The notes beneath the pieces were generated by a model. The model saw only the letters and a list, made by a program, of their open reading frames with translations. It was not told the origin of the DNA and did no database searches. A stretch of 64,000 nt of DNA from an uncultured Corynebacterium sp. (GTDB taxonomy: Bacteria > Actinomycetota > Actinomycetes > Mycobacteriales > Mycobacteriaceae), in NCBI GenBank assembly GCA_943908385.1, contig CALTTF010000002.1:4526-68525 (forward strand). Direction: 5' to 3'. This document shows positions 1-11,541 of the stretch, in pieces. Positions within the stretch are counted from its first letter, which is position 1, and every line of letters begins with the position of its first letter. A program made the translations under genes and the position numbers.

Positions 1-120
1 TCCACGCCTGTGGACAGCGCTTTCATCCTGTGGAGAACTTAGATGTGACTAACTCAACTTAATTACAACGGTGGAATTACACAGGTGTGCATAACTCTGT
101 GGATAACTGAATCAGTGTGA
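1..120. promoter_or_regulatory. oriC segment downstream of dnaA (DnaA boxes plus AT-rich stretch), truncated by the window edge
   Basis: Perfect DnaA box TGTGGATAA at 98-106; near-consensus boxes TGTGCATAA 86-94, TGTGGAGAA 29-37 and TGTGGACAG 9-17; AT-rich 38-80. The actinobacterial oriC lies between dnaA and dnaN. Confidence 0.85.
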
Positions 121-160
121 AAACCTGCAATTCCCTGCCAGTCACGGAGGGTTAAACGAC

Positions 161-198
161 AAAAACGCGCCATGGAGGTGGTGTTCCTCGAGGGCGCG
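161..198 (-). terminator. Probable intrinsic terminator of dnaA
   Basis: Minus strand reads CGCGCC-ctc-GAGG-loop-CCTC-cat-GGCGCG followed by TTTTT, just after the dnaA stop. Confidence 0.55.
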
Positions 199-224
199 CA
201 GATGGGGCGTCGATAAGCGGAGTG

Positions 225-1859
225 CTACCTCGCGCGAACGCGGTTCTTGATGATCTGGGTGAGCTCCTGGATCTCGTCGTAGGTCTCTCTGTTCTCCGTC
301 ATTTCCTTGCGGATCTTGCGGTCGGCGTACATGACCGTCGTGTGGTCCTTGCCGCCGAATTCCTGGCCGATCTTCGGCAACGACAGGTCGGTGAGCTCGC
401 GGCACAGGTACATGGCCAGCTGGCGGGCGTGCGCGACGACGCGCGTCTTGCCCGCGCCGGTGAGCTTGTCCATCGGGACGCGGAAATATTCCGCCGCGGC
501 CTCCTTGATGGTCTCCGCCGTGATGGTCACGTCGCCCTCGTCCGGGAGAATGTCGCGGAGCGCGACCTGCGCGACGTCGAGAGTGATCGGCTCGTTGATC
601 AGCGACGAATACGCGGAAACCCTGATGAGCGCGCCCTCGAGCTCGCGGATGGAGGACTCGAATTGCGACGCGATGAGCTCGAGCACGTCCTCGCTGACGC
701 GCGTGCCGTCGGCGGCCGCCTTCTTCATCAGGATCGCGATGCGCGTCTCCAGGTCCGGCGGCTGAATATCGGTGATCAGGCCGCCCTCGAAGCGCGTGCG
801 CAGGCGGTCCTCGAGTGTGGTCAGCTGCTTCGGCGGACGGTCGGACGACAAGATGATCTGCTTATTCGCCTGGTGCAGGGCGTTGAAGGTGTGGAAGAAC
901 TCCTCCTGCGTGCCTTCCTTGCCCTCCAAGAACTGGATGTCGTCGACCATGAGAATGTCCAGGTCGCGGTAGCGGCGCTTGAAGGATTCCTGCCGGTCGT
1001 CGCGCACGGAGTTGATGTAGTCGTTGGTGAACTCCTCCGATGAGACGTACTTGATGCGCAGGTTCGGCTGCAGCACCTGTGCGTAATTGCCCGCGGCGTG
1101 GAGCAAGTGCGTCTTGCCCAGGCCGGAGCCGCCCCAGATGAACAGCGGGTTGTAGGCGCGCGCCGGATTCTCCGCGACGGCGACCGCCGCGCCGTTGGCG
1201 AAACGGTTGGATGAGCCGATGACGAAATTCTCGAAGGTGTACTTCGGGTTCAGGCTCATTTCCCGGTCCGGGTCGTGCGCCGGCTTCTCGCGCGGAATGC
1301 GCTGCGGGGCGGGCACGATCGGGTGGCTCGACTGCTGGCGGGAGGATTCCTCGACCGGGTTCTCCTGCTGCTGCGCGTGGATCCGCGCGAGCTCGTCCAG
1401 CCCCATCGGCAGCTGCTCCCCCGCCAGCGGCGACGGGTTCGCCTGCTGCTGTACCTGTTGTTGTTGCTTGGGCTCCGAATAAGTGCTGTACCAGTCGTCG
1501 GCGGAGCTGTCGGTGTGCTGCGTGTGCTGGGCTGGCTGCTGGACCTGCTGCTCAGGGGCCGGTGCGGCGGCCGGCGCGTTCACCGAGACGGCGAGATTGC
1601 ACGGCTGGCCCATGTGGTGGCTGAGCAGCTCCACGATGTAGGGGCCGAGGTTGTTCTCCACGACATTCTTCGCGGCGGCGTGGGGGGCGGAGAGAATGCA
1701 GTAGCCGTCGACAAGCATGACGGGTTTGACGAGCTGCAGGTACGCGCGGTCCCCCGGGCTGAAGGTGGGTACGTGGGAATTCGGGCGTTCGGACAGGTTC
1801 AGCAGTTCGGCGACAATGTCCTGCCACAGAGCATTCAAACTCTGTTGGTCGTGTGCCAT
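225..1859 (-). CDS. dnaA: Chromosomal replication initiator DnaA
   Basis: [19 protein letters not shown], Walker [33 protein letters not shown]-terminal [11 protein letters not shown]. Confidence 0.99.
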   Translation of the reverse strand: MAHDQQSLNALWQDIVAELLNLSERPNSHVPTFSPGDRAYLQLVKPVMLVDGYCILSAPHAAAKNVVENNLGPYIVELLSHHMGQPCNLAVSVNAPAAAPAPEQQVQQPAQHTQHTDSSADDWYSTYSEPKQQQQVQQQANPSPLAGEQLPMGLDELARIHAQQQENPVEESSRQQSSHPIVPAPQRIPREKPAHDPDREMSLNPKYTFENFVIGSSNRFANGAAVAVAENPARAYNPLFIWGGSGLGKTHLLHAAGNYAQVLQPNLRIKYVSSEEFTNDYINSVRDDRQESFKRRYRDLDILMVDDIQFLEGKEGTQEEFFHTFNALHQANKQIILSSDRPPKQLTTLEDRLRTRFEGGLITDIQPPDLETRIAILMKKAAADGTRVSEDVLELIASQFESSIRELEGALIRVSAYSSLINEPITLDVAQVALRDILPDEGDVTITAETIKEAAAEYFRVPMDKLTGAGKTRVVAHARQLAMYLCRELTDLSLPKIGQEFGGKDHTTVMYADRKIRKEMTENRETYDEIQELTQIIKNRVRAR

Positions 1860-1944
1860 GAAAGCCCGCTTTCCCTATCTCCGAATTCCAACGATCAGCC
1901 CGCGGCGCACACCATCCCCGGTTCCGGGCCGTGCGCGCCGCGGG

Positions 1945-2153
1945 CTATTCACAACTCACAGGAGTGTGAACATCGCCCTGAACTTGTGAATTCACAAAGT
2001 TATCCACAGGGCGTTGCCGTGTCGACGTGAAGTTTATCCACAAGACAATCATTGTGCTGTGGATAACCCTCAGCGGCCAAATTATCGCCTTTGAACTCGT
2101 CGTTTTCCGCTTCAACCGGCTAAGCCTCAATGTCTAATTGAGGTTTATCCACA
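1945..2153. promoter_or_regulatory. DnaA-box cluster upstream of dnaA (autoregulation/origin)
   Basis: TTATCCACA at 2000-2008, 2034-2042 and 2145-2153; TGTGGATAA at 2058-2066; degenerate CTATTCACA at 1945-1953. Confidence 0.92.
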
Positions 2154-2693
2154 GCGGTGGTGAGAATTTTCCTGTGAAGTTGTGGTGATAAAGCTTTCTT
2201 ACCCTGCTCCGCCGCCGACTGTCTAGGTGACCGTCCCGCCGCCGGGGCGCCGTCCGCGGTGAGTGGGAAAGCACGTTCGACACCCCCACCGGTCCCGCGC
2301 AGGCTACGTCGGCGTGTCGGGTTTGACCTGCGGAAAAACACACTGTTGTAATTTCGGGGGTGAACGAATTTGGGGTCAACTACCCCCGCGCGTCGATTTG
2401 GCCGGTGCGACGGCGATCACGTATTCTGTCATGGTCTGTCGCACTCTAGTGACCACTGGGATTCATGGGAATCCGTAGGGACCTGGGTGTGCGTGAGAGC
2501 ATCATCAGCGCCGAGCACCGGGCCGCCGATACTGGCGAGTCAGCGCAGATAATGCATGCCACCAGCGAAATCGCTGTAAGAGCATCTCACTTACATATTT
2601 TGAAAATGGCTGCCTCTCCCCGGGAAGGCGCACGCGCCGCAAGGTTCGGTGTGCGCCGCTGGCCGCCGCATAGATTGCAAGGAGTACCCCGCC

Positions 2694-2831
2694 ATGTCTA
2701 AGCGGACTTTCCAGCCGAATAACCGTCGTCGTGCCCGCAAGCACGGCTTCCGTACCCGCATGAACACCCGTGCCGGCCGCGCCATCGTTTCCGCGCGCCG
2801 CCGCAAGGGCCGTTCCAAGCTCACCGCCTAG
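2694..2831 (+). CDS. rpmH: 50S ribosomal protein L34
   Basis: [32 protein letters not shown] upstream; divergent from dnaA. Confidence 0.99.
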   Translation: MSKRTFQPNNRRRARKHGFRTRMNTRAGRAIVSARRRKGRSKLTA

Positions 2832-2855
2832 TCTTTCTAGGCTCATCTGAGCGCT

Positions 2856-3218
2856 GTGCTGCCCCGCGCCCATAAGCTCACCTCGTCTGCGGAATTCCGC
2901 AGGGTGATCTCAAAGGGCGGGCGCGCAGGCACCCGCACCCTCGTGGTGCACTATTACACCCGAACCGACACCGTCATTTCCGGCGGTCCCCGGTTCGGGT
3001 TAATTGTGTCTAAGCAGGTGGGCAACGCCGTCGCCCGCCACCGCCTGTCGCGCCAGCTGCGGCACGTGTGCATGGACGCCGCCGAACTTCTCGACCGGGA
3101 GGTGGACATCGTCGTCCGCGCCTTGCCGGCTAGTGCTCACGCGACGAGCGCCCAGTTGCTCAAGGACGTGCAATCGGGAATCGAGCGCGCCCGCAAGAAA
3201 GCGGCCGCGCGCTCATGA
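2856..3218 (+). CDS. rnpA: Ribonuclease P protein component
   Basis: [26 protein letters not shown] (RNR-like motif); position after rpmH. Confidence 0.96.
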   Translation: MLPRAHKLTSSAEFRRVISKGGRAGTRTLVVHYYTRTDTVISGGPRFGLIVSKQVGNAVARHRLSRQLRHVCMDAAELLDREVDIVVRALPASAHATSAQLLKDVQSGIERARKKAAARS

Positions 3219-3499
3219 CCGACGCCCAGTACTTCAACACCGACGGCGAGCGCATTCCCGCACCGAGAGGGCCTGTCGGCCGCTTGATGGTGCGGTGCGT
3301 GCGGCTTTACCAAAAACTTTTCTCACCCCTTAAGATGGGATCGACGTGCCGCTTTGAGCCGACGTGCAGCGCGTATGCGCTCGAAGCGGTGTCCCGGCAT
3401 GGAGCGGCCCGCGGTGGCCTCCTCGCTCTTGCGCGTTTGAGCAAGTGCGGGCCCTGGCATCCCGGCGGCTACGACCCCGTACCTATGAACAGGAGTTAG
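3215..3499 (+). CDS. yidD: Membrane protein insertion efficiency factor YidD
   Basis: CRFEPTCSAYALEA and KCGPWHPGGYDPVP motifs. Confidence 0.96.
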   Translation: MTDAQYFNTDGERIPAPRGPVGRLMVRCVRLYQKLFSPLKMGSTCRFEPTCSAYALEAVSRHGAARGGLLALARLSKCGPWHPGGYDPVPMNRS

Positions 3500-3506
3500 A
3501 CAACCA

Positions 3507-4685
3507 GTGCTGAATTTCATCTACTGGCCCATCTCAGCCGTCCTGTGGTTCTGGCACAAGATTTTCGGCTACATTTTCTCGCCGGATTCCGGTGCCGCGT
3601 GGCTGCTGGCAATCGTGTTTCTGACTTTCACCATCCGTGTCTTCCTGGTGAAGCCGATGGTGAACCAGCTGCGCGCCGGCCGGAAGATGCAGGAACTCCA
3701 GCCGAAGATGCAGGAGATCCGCGCCAAGTACGGCAAGGACCAGCAGAAGCAGGCGATGGAGATGCAGCGCCTGTACAAGGAAGCCAACATGAACCCGTTG
3801 GCCAGCTGCATCGTGCCGCTGGTGCAGATGCCGGTGTTCATCGGCCTCCTGCACGTCCTGCGCTCCTTCAACCGCACGGGCACCTCCGGCGGCGGCCTGG
3901 GCATGACCGTGGAGGAGAACCGCAACACCGCGAACTACATCTTCTCCCCTGAGGACGTCCAGTCCTTCCTGGATGCACGTGTCTTCGGAATTCCGCTGTC
4001 GTCCTACATGTCCATGCCGGAAGAGCAGTTCGCGGCGTTCGCCCCGGCGGATTTCTCCCGCACCGACATCATCATGGTGGCTCTGCCGATGGTCATCGCC
4101 TGTGTGCTGCTGACCCACTTCAACGCGCGCATGTCGATGAGTCGCCAGCGCGAGCGCATGGCCAAGCGCAAGGCGGAGCAGGCGGCGACCGGCAAGAAGC
4201 AGCCGGAGACCGGCATGAACTCGCCGGAAATGATGGAAATGCAGATGAAGACCATGAACGGCATGATGCTGTGGTTCCTCCCGGCAACCCTGCTGTTCAC
4301 CGGCGTCCTGTGGCACATCGGCCTTCTCACCTACATGCTGTCCAACAACATCTGGACCTTCTTCCAGACCAAGATCGTCTACGCCAAGATGGACAAGGAA
4401 GAGGAAGAAGAGGAAGCAGCCAAGCGCGAGGCGAAGCGCGCTTCCGCCCCCGTTGCCGGTGCCCGCACCGTGGACAACCGCTCCAAGAAGCAGCGCCAGC
4501 GCGACGCCGCGAAGCAGCGCGCCAACAACAACCACCCGGAGAACGAGCCGGAGGAGCAAACCGGCACCAACTCCGATGTCGGCCTGAAGCCGAAGCCCGG
4601 CGCCAAGCCCGATAACCCGAAGAAGGGCAAGAAGAAAAAGGGCAAGAATAAGAACAACAACCAGGGCAAGAAGAAGGGGAATTAG
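3507..4685 (+). CDS. yidC: Membrane protein insertase YidC
   Basis: [35 protein letters not shown], several TM segments, Lys-rich tail. Confidence 0.97.
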   Translation: MLNFIYWPISAVLWFWHKIFGYIFSPDSGAAWLLAIVFLTFTIRVFLVKPMVNQLRAGRKMQELQPKMQEIRAKYGKDQQKQAMEMQRLYKEANMNPLASCIVPLVQMPVFIGLLHVLRSFNRTGTSGGGLGMTVEENRNTANYIFSPEDVQSFLDARVFGIPLSSYMSMPEEQFAAFAPADFSRTDIIMVALPMVIACVLLTHFNARMSMSRQRERMAKRKAEQAATGKKQPETGMNSPEMMEMQMKTMNGMMLWFLPATLLFTGVLWHIGLLTYMLSNNIWTFFQTKIVYAKMDKEEEEEEAAKREAKRASAPVAGARTVDNRSKKQRQRDAAKQRANNNHPENEPEEQTGTNSDVGLKPKPGAKPDNPKKGKKKKGKNKNNNQGKKKGN

Positions 4686-4689
4686 GCAC

Positions 4690-5331
4690 ATGCCTGAGCA
4701 CACGCCCGAGTGGGAGGCCGCGCCAGCGGCGGCAGCCGAGATCTTCGGCGACCGTCTGCCGCTCGCGCAGGCCTACCATGATTCCCTGGCCACCACCGCC
4801 GCCGAGCGCGGTTTCATCGGCCCGAAGGAAGTATCCCGCCTGTGGAGCCGCCACGTGCTCAACTGCGCGGTCATCGCCGAGGCCTTCGACGAGGGCGCTC
4901 GTGTCGCGGACATCGGCTCGGGCGCGGGCCTGCCGGGCATCCCCCTGGCTATTGCGCGGCCGGACCTCGACATCACGCTCATCGAGCCGCTGCTGAAACG
5001 CTCGACGTACCTCAGCGAGATAACCGAAGAACTCGGCCTCGACAATGTCACGGTCGTGCGCGGCCGCGCGGAAGAGCAGAAAAAGAAGCTTTTCGACGTC
5101 ACCACCTCCCGCGCCGTCGCCCCCCTCGGCAAGCTGGCCGGCTGGTCCCTTCCCCTCGTGCGCCCCGGCGGTTCCATGACCGCGATGAAGGGCGCGAGCG
5201 TGGCGGAGGAGCTCGAGCGCGACGCCGCCATGATCACCAAGGCCGGCGGCATCGACGCGGAGATCCTCACCGTCGGTGAGGGTCTGCTGGAGCAGCCCAC
5301 CACCCTCATTCGCATCGTCCGCGCTGGTTAG
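4690..5331 (+). CDS. rsmG: 16S rRNA m7G527 methyltransferase RsmG
   Basis: [32 protein letters not shown]. Confidence 0.97.
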   Translation: MPEHTPEWEAAPAAAAEIFGDRLPLAQAYHDSLATTAAERGFIGPKEVSRLWSRHVLNCAVIAEAFDEGARVADIGSGAGLPGIPLAIARPDLDITLIEPLLKRSTYLSEITEELGLDNVTVVRGRAEEQKKKLFDVTTSRAVAPLGKLAGWSLPLVRPGGSMTAMKGASVAEELERDAAMITKAGGIDAEILTVGEGLLEQPTTLIRIVRAG

Positions 5332-5417
5332 CGCGCTGACGGGCGGTACTGGGTAACGGATGTCGGGGCGCTCTACTAATCTGACAGTGATTGTTATTGA
5401 CCGTGACGGGAGGCCAC

Positions 5418-6362
5418 GTGGACGACGAGCAGTGGGATGACACCCCGATCGCTGCGGCGGCTCGCCGGGCGGCGCAGATGAATAACGGGCGCTCGACGGT
5501 GCCGAAACCGGAGCAGCCGCGCCTGATCACTGTCGCGAACCAGAAGGGCGGCGTGGGCAAGACCACCACGTCGGTGAACCTGGCGGCATCTCTGGCCAAG
5601 CTGGGCCGCAAGGTGCTCGTGGTGGACCTCGATCCGCAGGGCAACGCGTCGACAGCGCTCGGTGCGGGCCACCGCGACGGGGAGACCTCCAGCTACGAGC
5701 TCCTCATCGGCGCTGCTACTGCGGAGGAGGCGCTCCAGCGCTCCGGCGACAACGAGAACCTGTGGTGCATTCCCGCCACCATCGACCTGGCCGGCGCGGA
5801 GATCGAGCTGGTCAGCCTCGTGCGCCGCGAGTACCGCCTGGCCGATGCCCTGCGCGGGAAATTCCTCGAGGAGCACGGCTTCGACTATGTCTTCGTGGAC
5901 TGCCCGCCCTCGCTGGGCCTGCTCACCATCAACGCGATGAATGCGGTGGATGAGGTGCTCATCCCGATCCAGTGCGAGTACTACGCCCTAGAGGGTGTGG
6001 GCCAGCTGCTGAACAACATCACTATGATCCGCGGCGCCCTGAACCCGAACCTGCACATCTCGGCGGTGCTGCTGACGATGTACGACGCACGCACCAAGCT
6101 CTCCGAGCAGGTCGCCGAAGAGGTCCGCGGCCAGTTCGGCGACGTGGTCATGCGCAATATGATTCCGCGCTCGGTGAAGGTGTCGGAGGCACCCGGTTAC
6201 GGCCAGACCGTGATCGAGTACGACCCGGGTTCCCGCGGTGCGCTGGCGTATTTCGATGCCGCTCGTGAATTGGCCACCCGCGGCGATTACCAGCCGCACG
6301 AGACCACAGGGCCGATCGGTGTGAGCCCCGAGATTTTCGCCCAGCTGGGCGAGGAGGACTAA
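5418..6362 (+). CDS. parA: Chromosome partitioning ATPase ParA
   Basis: [32 protein letters not shown] start at 5418 chosen from the GGAGG RBS. Confidence 0.96.
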   Translation: MDDEQWDDTPIAAAARRAAQMNNGRSTVPKPEQPRLITVANQKGGVGKTTTSVNLAASLAKLGRKVLVVDLDPQGNASTALGAGHRDGETSSYELLIGAATAEEALQRSGDNENLWCIPATIDLAGAEIELVSLVRREYRLADALRGKFLEEHGFDYVFVDCPPSLGLLTINAMNAVDEVLIPIQCEYYALEGVGQLLNNITMIRGALNPNLHISAVLLTMYDARTKLSEQVAEEVRGQFGDVVMRNMIPRSVKVSEAPGYGQTVIEYDPGSRGALAYFDAARELATRGDYQPHETTGPIGVSPEIFAQLGEED

Positions 6363-6370
6363 GTAGAGCT

Positions 6371-7450
6371 ATGGCAGAGCAACGCAAGGGCGGCTTGGGC
6401 CGCGGTTTGGCGGCGCTGATCCCGTCGAATCCGGACCACCACCAGAAGACGGGCCCGCTGGGCGAAGGCGCCGCCGACGTCATCATCGGCGGATCCAAGG
6501 GTGCGAGGAATAACGAGCCGGCTGAGGGCGACAAGCCGAAAGCCAAGAAGAAGGTCAAGGGCGCCCCGACGATCCCGGGCGCGCCGTCCGTCGGCCGTTC
6601 CTCCTCTGTCCCCGCCGCGATGGTGACGGCGGCGAAGCCGAACGATTCCTTCGGCGCTTCCTACCAGGAGATCCCCATCGGGGAGATCTTCCCGAACGCG
6701 AAGCAGCCGCGTACCCAATTCGACGAGGATGAGCTGAATGAGCTGGTCCACTCCGTCAAGGAATTCGGTCTGCTCCAGCCGATCGTGGTCCGCCCCTCGG
6801 AGGACGGCTACGAACTCATCATGGGTGAGCGCCGTTGGCGCGCCTCCTCCAAGGCAGGGTTGAAGCGCATCCCGGCGATCGTGCGCGAGACCTCCGACGA
6901 GGACATGCTGCGCGACGCCCTGCTGGAGAATATCCACCGTGTGCAGCTCAACCCGCTCGAAGAGGCCGCCGCGTACCAGCAGCTTCTCGAGGAATTCGGT
7001 GTCACCCAAGAGCAGCTCGCCGACCGTCTCGGCCGCTCCCGCCCGGTGATCACTAACTCGATCCGCCTGCTCAACCTGCCCGTCGCGGTCCAGCGCCGCG
7101 TCGCCGCCGGTGTCTTGAGCGCCGGCCACGCCCGGGCGCTGCTCGGCGTGAAGGTCGGCCCCGAGGCCCAGGAGCAGCTCGCCGACCGCATTGTCGCCGA
7201 GGGCCTGTCCGTCCGCGCGACGGAGGAGGCCGTGACCCTGCTCAACCGCCAGGGCGCGCTGCCGGAGAAGCCGAAGCGCGAGCCGGCGCCGCAGCCGGAA
7301 TTTCTCACCCAGGCCGCCGACCGTCTCGCCGACGAGTGGGACACTAAGGTGTCCGTCACCATGGGCAAGCGCAAGGGGAAGATCGTCGTCGAATTCGGCG
7401 ACCGCGACGATTTCGAGCGCATCATGTCGCTCATCGAGGGCACGGACTAG
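6371..7450 (+). CDS. parB: Chromosome partitioning protein ParB
   Basis: [50 protein letters not shown]. Confidence 0.98.
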   Translation: MAEQRKGGLGRGLAALIPSNPDHHQKTGPLGEGAADVIIGGSKGARNNEPAEGDKPKAKKKVKGAPTIPGAPSVGRSSSVPAAMVTAAKPNDSFGASYQEIPIGEIFPNAKQPRTQFDEDELNELVHSVKEFGLLQPIVVRPSEDGYELIMGERRWRASSKAGLKRIPAIVRETSDEDMLRDALLENIHRVQLNPLEEAAAYQQLLEEFGVTQEQLADRLGRSRPVITNSIRLLNLPVAVQRRVAAGVLSAGHARALLGVKVGPEAQEQLADRIVAEGLSVRATEEAVTLLNRQGALPEKPKREPAPQPEFLTQAADRLADEWDTKVSVTMGKRKGKIVVEFGDRDDFERIMSLIEGTD

Positions 7451-7461
7451 GCAGCCACGCC

Positions 7462-8070
7462 ATGCCGCTGCGCCGAGCGCGTCTGATCCCGCTGGATGCG
7501 TCCAATCTCGCGCGCATCCACCGCACCACAGCGCGCAGCGTGTACTGGGAGCTTGACCCGCTCGGCGACGCGTTCGGCGGCACGGACTCGGACGTCGATA
7601 AGGCTGCCTGGCTCTTCGCTCTCGCCTACGAGCAGCCCAACGTGGGTTTTTCCATTGTCGATCCGGCGAGCACCACGGGCGCACGCGCGACGCTGCTCAT
7701 GTGCCCGCCGTCGGCCACGCCCGGTGCCGTCCGCATGCCCACCGCGCCATTTTCCGCCGACGCATATTGCCTGACCAGCCTGCACATCGACAGCGCCGTC
7801 GCGGGGATCGGCTGGGAGGCAGTGCTTATCGACGCCGCCGTCGCCGCCCTTTCCTCCCGCTCCCTCCCCGCGGTCGAGGCGTTCGGGTTCCGCACGGAGC
7901 CGGCTGACAACTCCGTCATCGGGCTCATGCCGGTGGAAGTGCTGGAGTCGGCGGGCTTCGAAGTGGTGGCGGACCACCGTGAGATTCCGCGCCTGCGCCT
8001 GGAGCTCCCGCCCGCACACGACCTGCTCACCGAAAGTGAGGTCGCCGACCTACTCGCAGCGGTGATCTAA
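7462..8070 (+). CDS. Conserved GNAT-like protein (actinobacterial parB-adjacent family)
   Basis: SVYWELDP and AGFEVVADHREIPRLRLEL motifs; conserved position between parB and cwlM. Confidence 0.65.
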   Translation: MPLRRARLIPLDASNLARIHRTTARSVYWELDPLGDAFGGTDSDVDKAAWLFALAYEQPNVGFSIVDPASTTGARATLLMCPPSATPGAVRMPTAPFSADAYCLTSLHIDSAVAGIGWEAVLIDAAVAALSSRSLPAVEAFGFRTEPADNSVIGLMPVEVLESAGFEVVADHREIPRLRLELPPAHDLLTESEVADLLAAVI

Positions 8071-9245
8071 GCCTGCTCTTGGCGCAGCAGCTCGGTGAAC
8101 GAGAAGGTGCCGGTGGGCTGGTTGTCTTGCTCGAGCAGGTAGAGGCGCTTGACGGCCACGACGATGGCCTCGGCGATCGCGTCGCGCTGGGTCGGGTCGG
8201 TGATGATCGACATATCGTGCGGGTTGGTCACGTACCCCAGCACGACCTCGACCGACGGCATCTGCGTCATGCGCAGCAGCTCCCACGTGCGGCCGTGGTT
8301 GTAGCAGTTGCCCAGCTGGGTGCGCGCGACGATCTCGCGCTGAATGAAGCCGGAGAGCATCTCGCCCGTCATGGAGGACGCGCCCTGCTCGGAGCCGAAG
8401 TAGAAGGTGGCCACGCCGTTGGCCTTCTCGTTCTGGTAGCGGTCCAGCTGCAGGGAGACCATGAGGTCAGCCTCGAAGCTGTTCGCCAGGTCGGCGCGCG
8501 CCTTCGCCGACGGGTTGTCCCCGCGCGGACGCGACATGATGGTCTCCATGCCGGCGGCGATCATGCGGGCCTCGACGCGGGAGGCCAGGTCCCAGAGGAT
8601 CTCTTCCTCGGTGATCTCGCCGTACGGGCCCTTGATCCGGGCCATGTTCTCCACGTCGATATTCGGGTCGATGACCACGCGCTTGCCGGTCAGTTGCGGG
8701 CCTGCCATGCGCACCACTTCGCGCTCGCGGATCGCCTGGGTGGAACCGCCGGTGATGCGGCGGCCGAGCAGGCTCAGCGCGTGCAAGGTCTCCGGTCCGC
8801 ACACGCCGTCGTCCTGGATACCGTAATTCAGCTGGTAATTCGACAGCGCGGCATGCGTGTCGGGCCCGAAGTGCCCGTCAATGCGCCCGGAGTAGAAACC
8901 GAGCTCCTGGAGCTGCTTTTGCAGCTGGCTCACATCGTCGCCGACCAGGATCTGGTTCGGTTGGTAGGACAGCGCGCGCGCACCCAGGGTGTAGGAGGCG
9001 TGGCGCAGCTCGCGCAGGGTGATGTTGTCGATCTCGCCCGACGGCAGAATGCCGCGGGACTGCTGGAATGCCTTGAGCGTGGTGCTCAGCTCTTCGTCGA
9101 AGTACATCTCCGACTGGGAGAACCGGCGACGGTTCCACTCCCCCACGTCTCCCTCGAAGTCGTCCAGCAACCCCAGACGTGCAAGGGTCGAGCGGACTTC
9201 AGCGACGCGCGCGCTGGAGTCGCCCACTCGAAACGGACCTAACAC
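8067..9245 (-). CDS. cwlM: CwlM, N-acetylmuramoyl-L-alanine amidase-like peptidoglycan regulator
   Basis: Two PG-binding domains (KAFQQSRG, LQELGFY...DGHFGPDT), Amidase_3-like domain, C-terminal PTGTFSF. Confidence 0.92.
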   Translation of the reverse strand: MLGPFRVGDSSARVAEVRSTLARLGLLDDFEGDVGEWNRRRFSQSEMYFDEELSTTLKAFQQSRGILPSGEIDNITLRELRHASYTLGARALSYQPNQILVGDDVSQLQKQLQELGFYSGRIDGHFGPDTHAALSNYQLNYGIQDDGVCGPETLHALSLLGRRITGGSTQAIREREVVRMAGPQLTGKRVVIDPNIDVENMARIKGPYGEITEEEILWDLASRVEARMIAAGMETIMSRPRGDNPSAKARADLANSFEADLMVSLQLDRYQNEKANGVATFYFGSEQGASSMTGEMLSGFIQREIVARTQLGNCYNHGRTWELLRMTQMPSVEVVLGYVTNPHDMSIITDPTQRDAIAEAIVVAVKRLYLLEQDNQPTGTFSFTELLRQEQA

Positions 9246-9351
9246 AAGTCACCTTCCTGACACCGAGCCTTGAGGATCGGTTTCATCTTACTGCCCCCGC
9301 CGCACCATAAGCCGAACACCATGCGTGTCGGGCCGAACGGTTGGCGCATGG

Positions 9352-9675
9352 TTAGAGGTGCGGCTCCAGGCGGGAGAGAATCTCCGCCTTCGGGCGCACG
9401 CTCGTGAATTCGTCGACCTTCTGGCCGTCCTTGTAGATCATCACGGTCGGGATGCTCATGACCTGGAACAGCGCGCCCAGGGTGCGCTCCTTGTCCACGT
9501 CGACCTTGGCGACTTTCACCTTGCCGTCCAAGTCCGCCGCGATCTCGTCGAGGATCGGCGAGAGCTTCTTGCACGGGCCGCACCAGTCCGCCCAGAAGTC
9601 GACGAGGACCGGGATGTCCGATTCAACGACCTCCGATTTGAAGGTGGCCTGCGTGATGTCGATGGGTGTGCTCAT
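9352..9675 (-). CDS. trxA: Thioredoxin
   Basis: VLVDFWADWCGPCK. Confidence 0.97.
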   Translation of the reverse strand: MSTPIDITQATFKSEVVESDIPVLVDFWADWCGPCKKLSPILDEIAADLDGKVKVAKVDVDKERTLGALFQVMSIPTVMIYKDGQKVDEFTSVRPKAEILSRLEPHL

Positions 9676-9793
9676 GGTCTCTATGCTCCTGTTCTGCTTA
9701 GCGCCCGGCGCGCAAATGGCTAGTTGAAAATATTTTGGGCCAAAATATTCGCTCTAGTCGCGAAACGTCCCTGCATATTTACTGAGTCTCGCC

Positions 9794-10867
9794 CTACAGC
9801 GCTTCCAGGTAGTGCTCGGCGTCGATGGCGGCGCGGCAGCCGGAAGCGGCGGCGGTGATGGCCTGGCGGTAGTAGTTGTCCACCAGGTCGCCGGCGGCGA
9901 ACACGCCCGGCACAGAGGTCTTCGTGGTCGGGTGCTCGACGGTGACGTAGCCCTCGGCATCGGTGGCCACCTGGCCGCCCAAGAAGCCGGAGCGCGGGTC
10001 GTGGCCGATGGCGACGAACAGCGCGGTGGCGTCCAGGGTGGATTCCTGGCCGGTCTGGGTGTCCTTGATGCGCAGGCCAGCGACCTTGCCGCCGTCCTCG
10101 AGCACTTCCTCGACGACCGCGTTGGTGAGGAATTCGATCTTCTCGTTCTCCTTCGCGCGGTCCAGCATGATCTGGGAGGCGCGGAATTCCTCGCGGCGGT
10201 GAATGATGGTCACCTTGGAGCCGAAGCGGGTGAGGAAGGTGGCCTCCTCCATCGCGGAGTCGCCGCCGCCGACGACAGCGATGTGGTGGTCCTTGAAGAA
10301 GAATCCGTCGCAGGTCGCACAGGTGGACACGCCGCGGCCGGTGAGCTCCTGCTCGCCCGGGATGCCCAGGTGGCGCGGGGCGGCACCGGTGGACAGGATG
10401 ATGGCGCGGGCGTGGAAGACGTCGTCGCCGACGTGGACCTTCTTGATATCGCCCTCCAGCTCGACGCTGTCGACGAGCTCGGCGCGCAGGTCGGCACCGA
10501 AACGCTCGGCCTGGGCGCGCATCTCCATCATCAGGTCCGGGCCCTGGATGCCGTTCTCAAAACCGGGGAAATTCTCCACCTCGGTGGTGTTCATCAGTTC
10601 GCCGCCGTACTCGTAACCCTCGAAGACGAGCGGCTTCAGGTCGGCGCGCGCGGTGTACAGCGCGGCGGTGTAGCCGGCGGGGCCGGATCCGATCACGATC
10701 ACGTCGTAAATAGTGTCGCTGTCGGCGTCGGCGCCGCTGCGTTCGGCGGACTCCTTCATCTGCTCGGTGTCAGCGGTTTCCGGGGCTGCCTTGAACCCGC
10801 CCAGGGCGTTGGAGGAGGGGAAGGAAGGGATGTTGTTGGACCCGTTGGAGCCGTTCGTGTCAGTCAT
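9794..10867 (-). CDS. trxB: Thioredoxin-disulfide reductase
   Basis: [35 protein letters not shown]. Start at ATG 10867 inferred. Confidence 0.97.
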   Translation of the reverse strand: MTDTNGSNGSNNIPSFPSSNALGGFKAAPETADTEQMKESAERSGADADSDTIYDVIVIGSGPAGYTAALYTARADLKPLVFEGYEYGGELMNTTEVENFPGFENGIQGPDLMMEMRAQAERFGADLRAELVDSVELEGDIKKVHVGDDVFHARAIILSTGAAPRHLGIPGEQELTGRGVSTCATCDGFFFKDHHIAVVGGGDSAMEEATFLTRFGSKVTIIHRREEFRASQIMLDRAKENEKIEFLTNAVVEEVLEDGGKVAGLRIKDTQTGQESTLDATALFVAIGHDPRSGFLGGQVATDAEGYVTVEHPTTKTSVPGVFAAGDLVDNYYRQAITAAASGCRAAIDAEHYLEAL

Positions 10868-10881
10868 GGCTGCCAGTGTAG

Positions 10882-11541
10882 TTAACTGCCCATGCAGTCC
10901 GATAATGCCTGGCGGGCGCGGTTCCGCCGCGATTTCACGGTGCCGGGGCGCACGCCCAAGTGGGAGGCGGCGGAGTCGATGGAGTACCCGGCGACGTCGA
11001 TAAGCATTAGCGCCCTCCGTTGCGCGGCCGGAAGCTTCATGAGTGCCTGGCGGAGCTCGAGCAGGCGGTCGAGATTGCCCAGCGGATCGACCGCGAGGTA
11101 GCGGTTCGAGTCCTGGTTGAGCTTCTCCGAATCGTCGAGGCTCGTGTGCTGCCGCTTGTTCTCCGCGCGTTTCGCGTGGTCGTAGCCGGCATTCTGCACG
11201 AGGCGGTGCAGCCACGTCGTCAGCGCGGACTCCGCCCGGAAGGTGTGCATGTTGCGCGAGGCTTTGAACAGCGCGTCCTGGACGATATCTTGCGCGTCGT
11301 GCTCGTTGCGCGCGTACCGCTTTGCGACGGCCATCATCCTCTGCCTGTGCCTTTCCACGATGACGGCGAATGCCTTGTGGTCCCCCGCGACGAACTCTGT
11401 GACCAGCGCGTTGTCCGGCATAGTCTGCTGTTGCTGCCTCTGCTGCCGCTGCTGCGCTTTCAGCCGGTAGGTGCGCGCCAAGCGGCCGTGGCTGTGCTGA
11501 ATTCCCTGTGTTTTTCCGTGCGTGATTTCCTGCGTGTCCAC
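10882..11541 (-). CDS. sigM: ECF RNA polymerase sigma factor (SigM-like)
   Basis: [38 protein letters not shown]; synteny murJ-sigM-trxB. Start uncertain (GTG 11541 assumed). Confidence 0.85.
   Translation of the reverse strand: MDTQEITHGKTQGIQHSHGRLARTYRLKAQQRQQRQQQQTMPDNALVTEFVAGDHKAFAVIVERHRQRMMAVAKRYARNEHDAQDIVQDALFKASRNMHTFRAESALTTWLHRLVQNAGYDHAKRAENKRQHTSLDDSEKLNQDSNRYLAVDPLGNLDRLLELRQALMKLPAAQRRALMLIDVAGYSIDSAASHLGVRPGTVKSRRNRARQALSDCMGS

Noticed and set aside
4440..4685. Lys/Asn-rich YidC tail as a novelty
   Set aside because: Basic C-terminal tails with [12 protein letters not shown] motifs are common in actinobacterial YidC.
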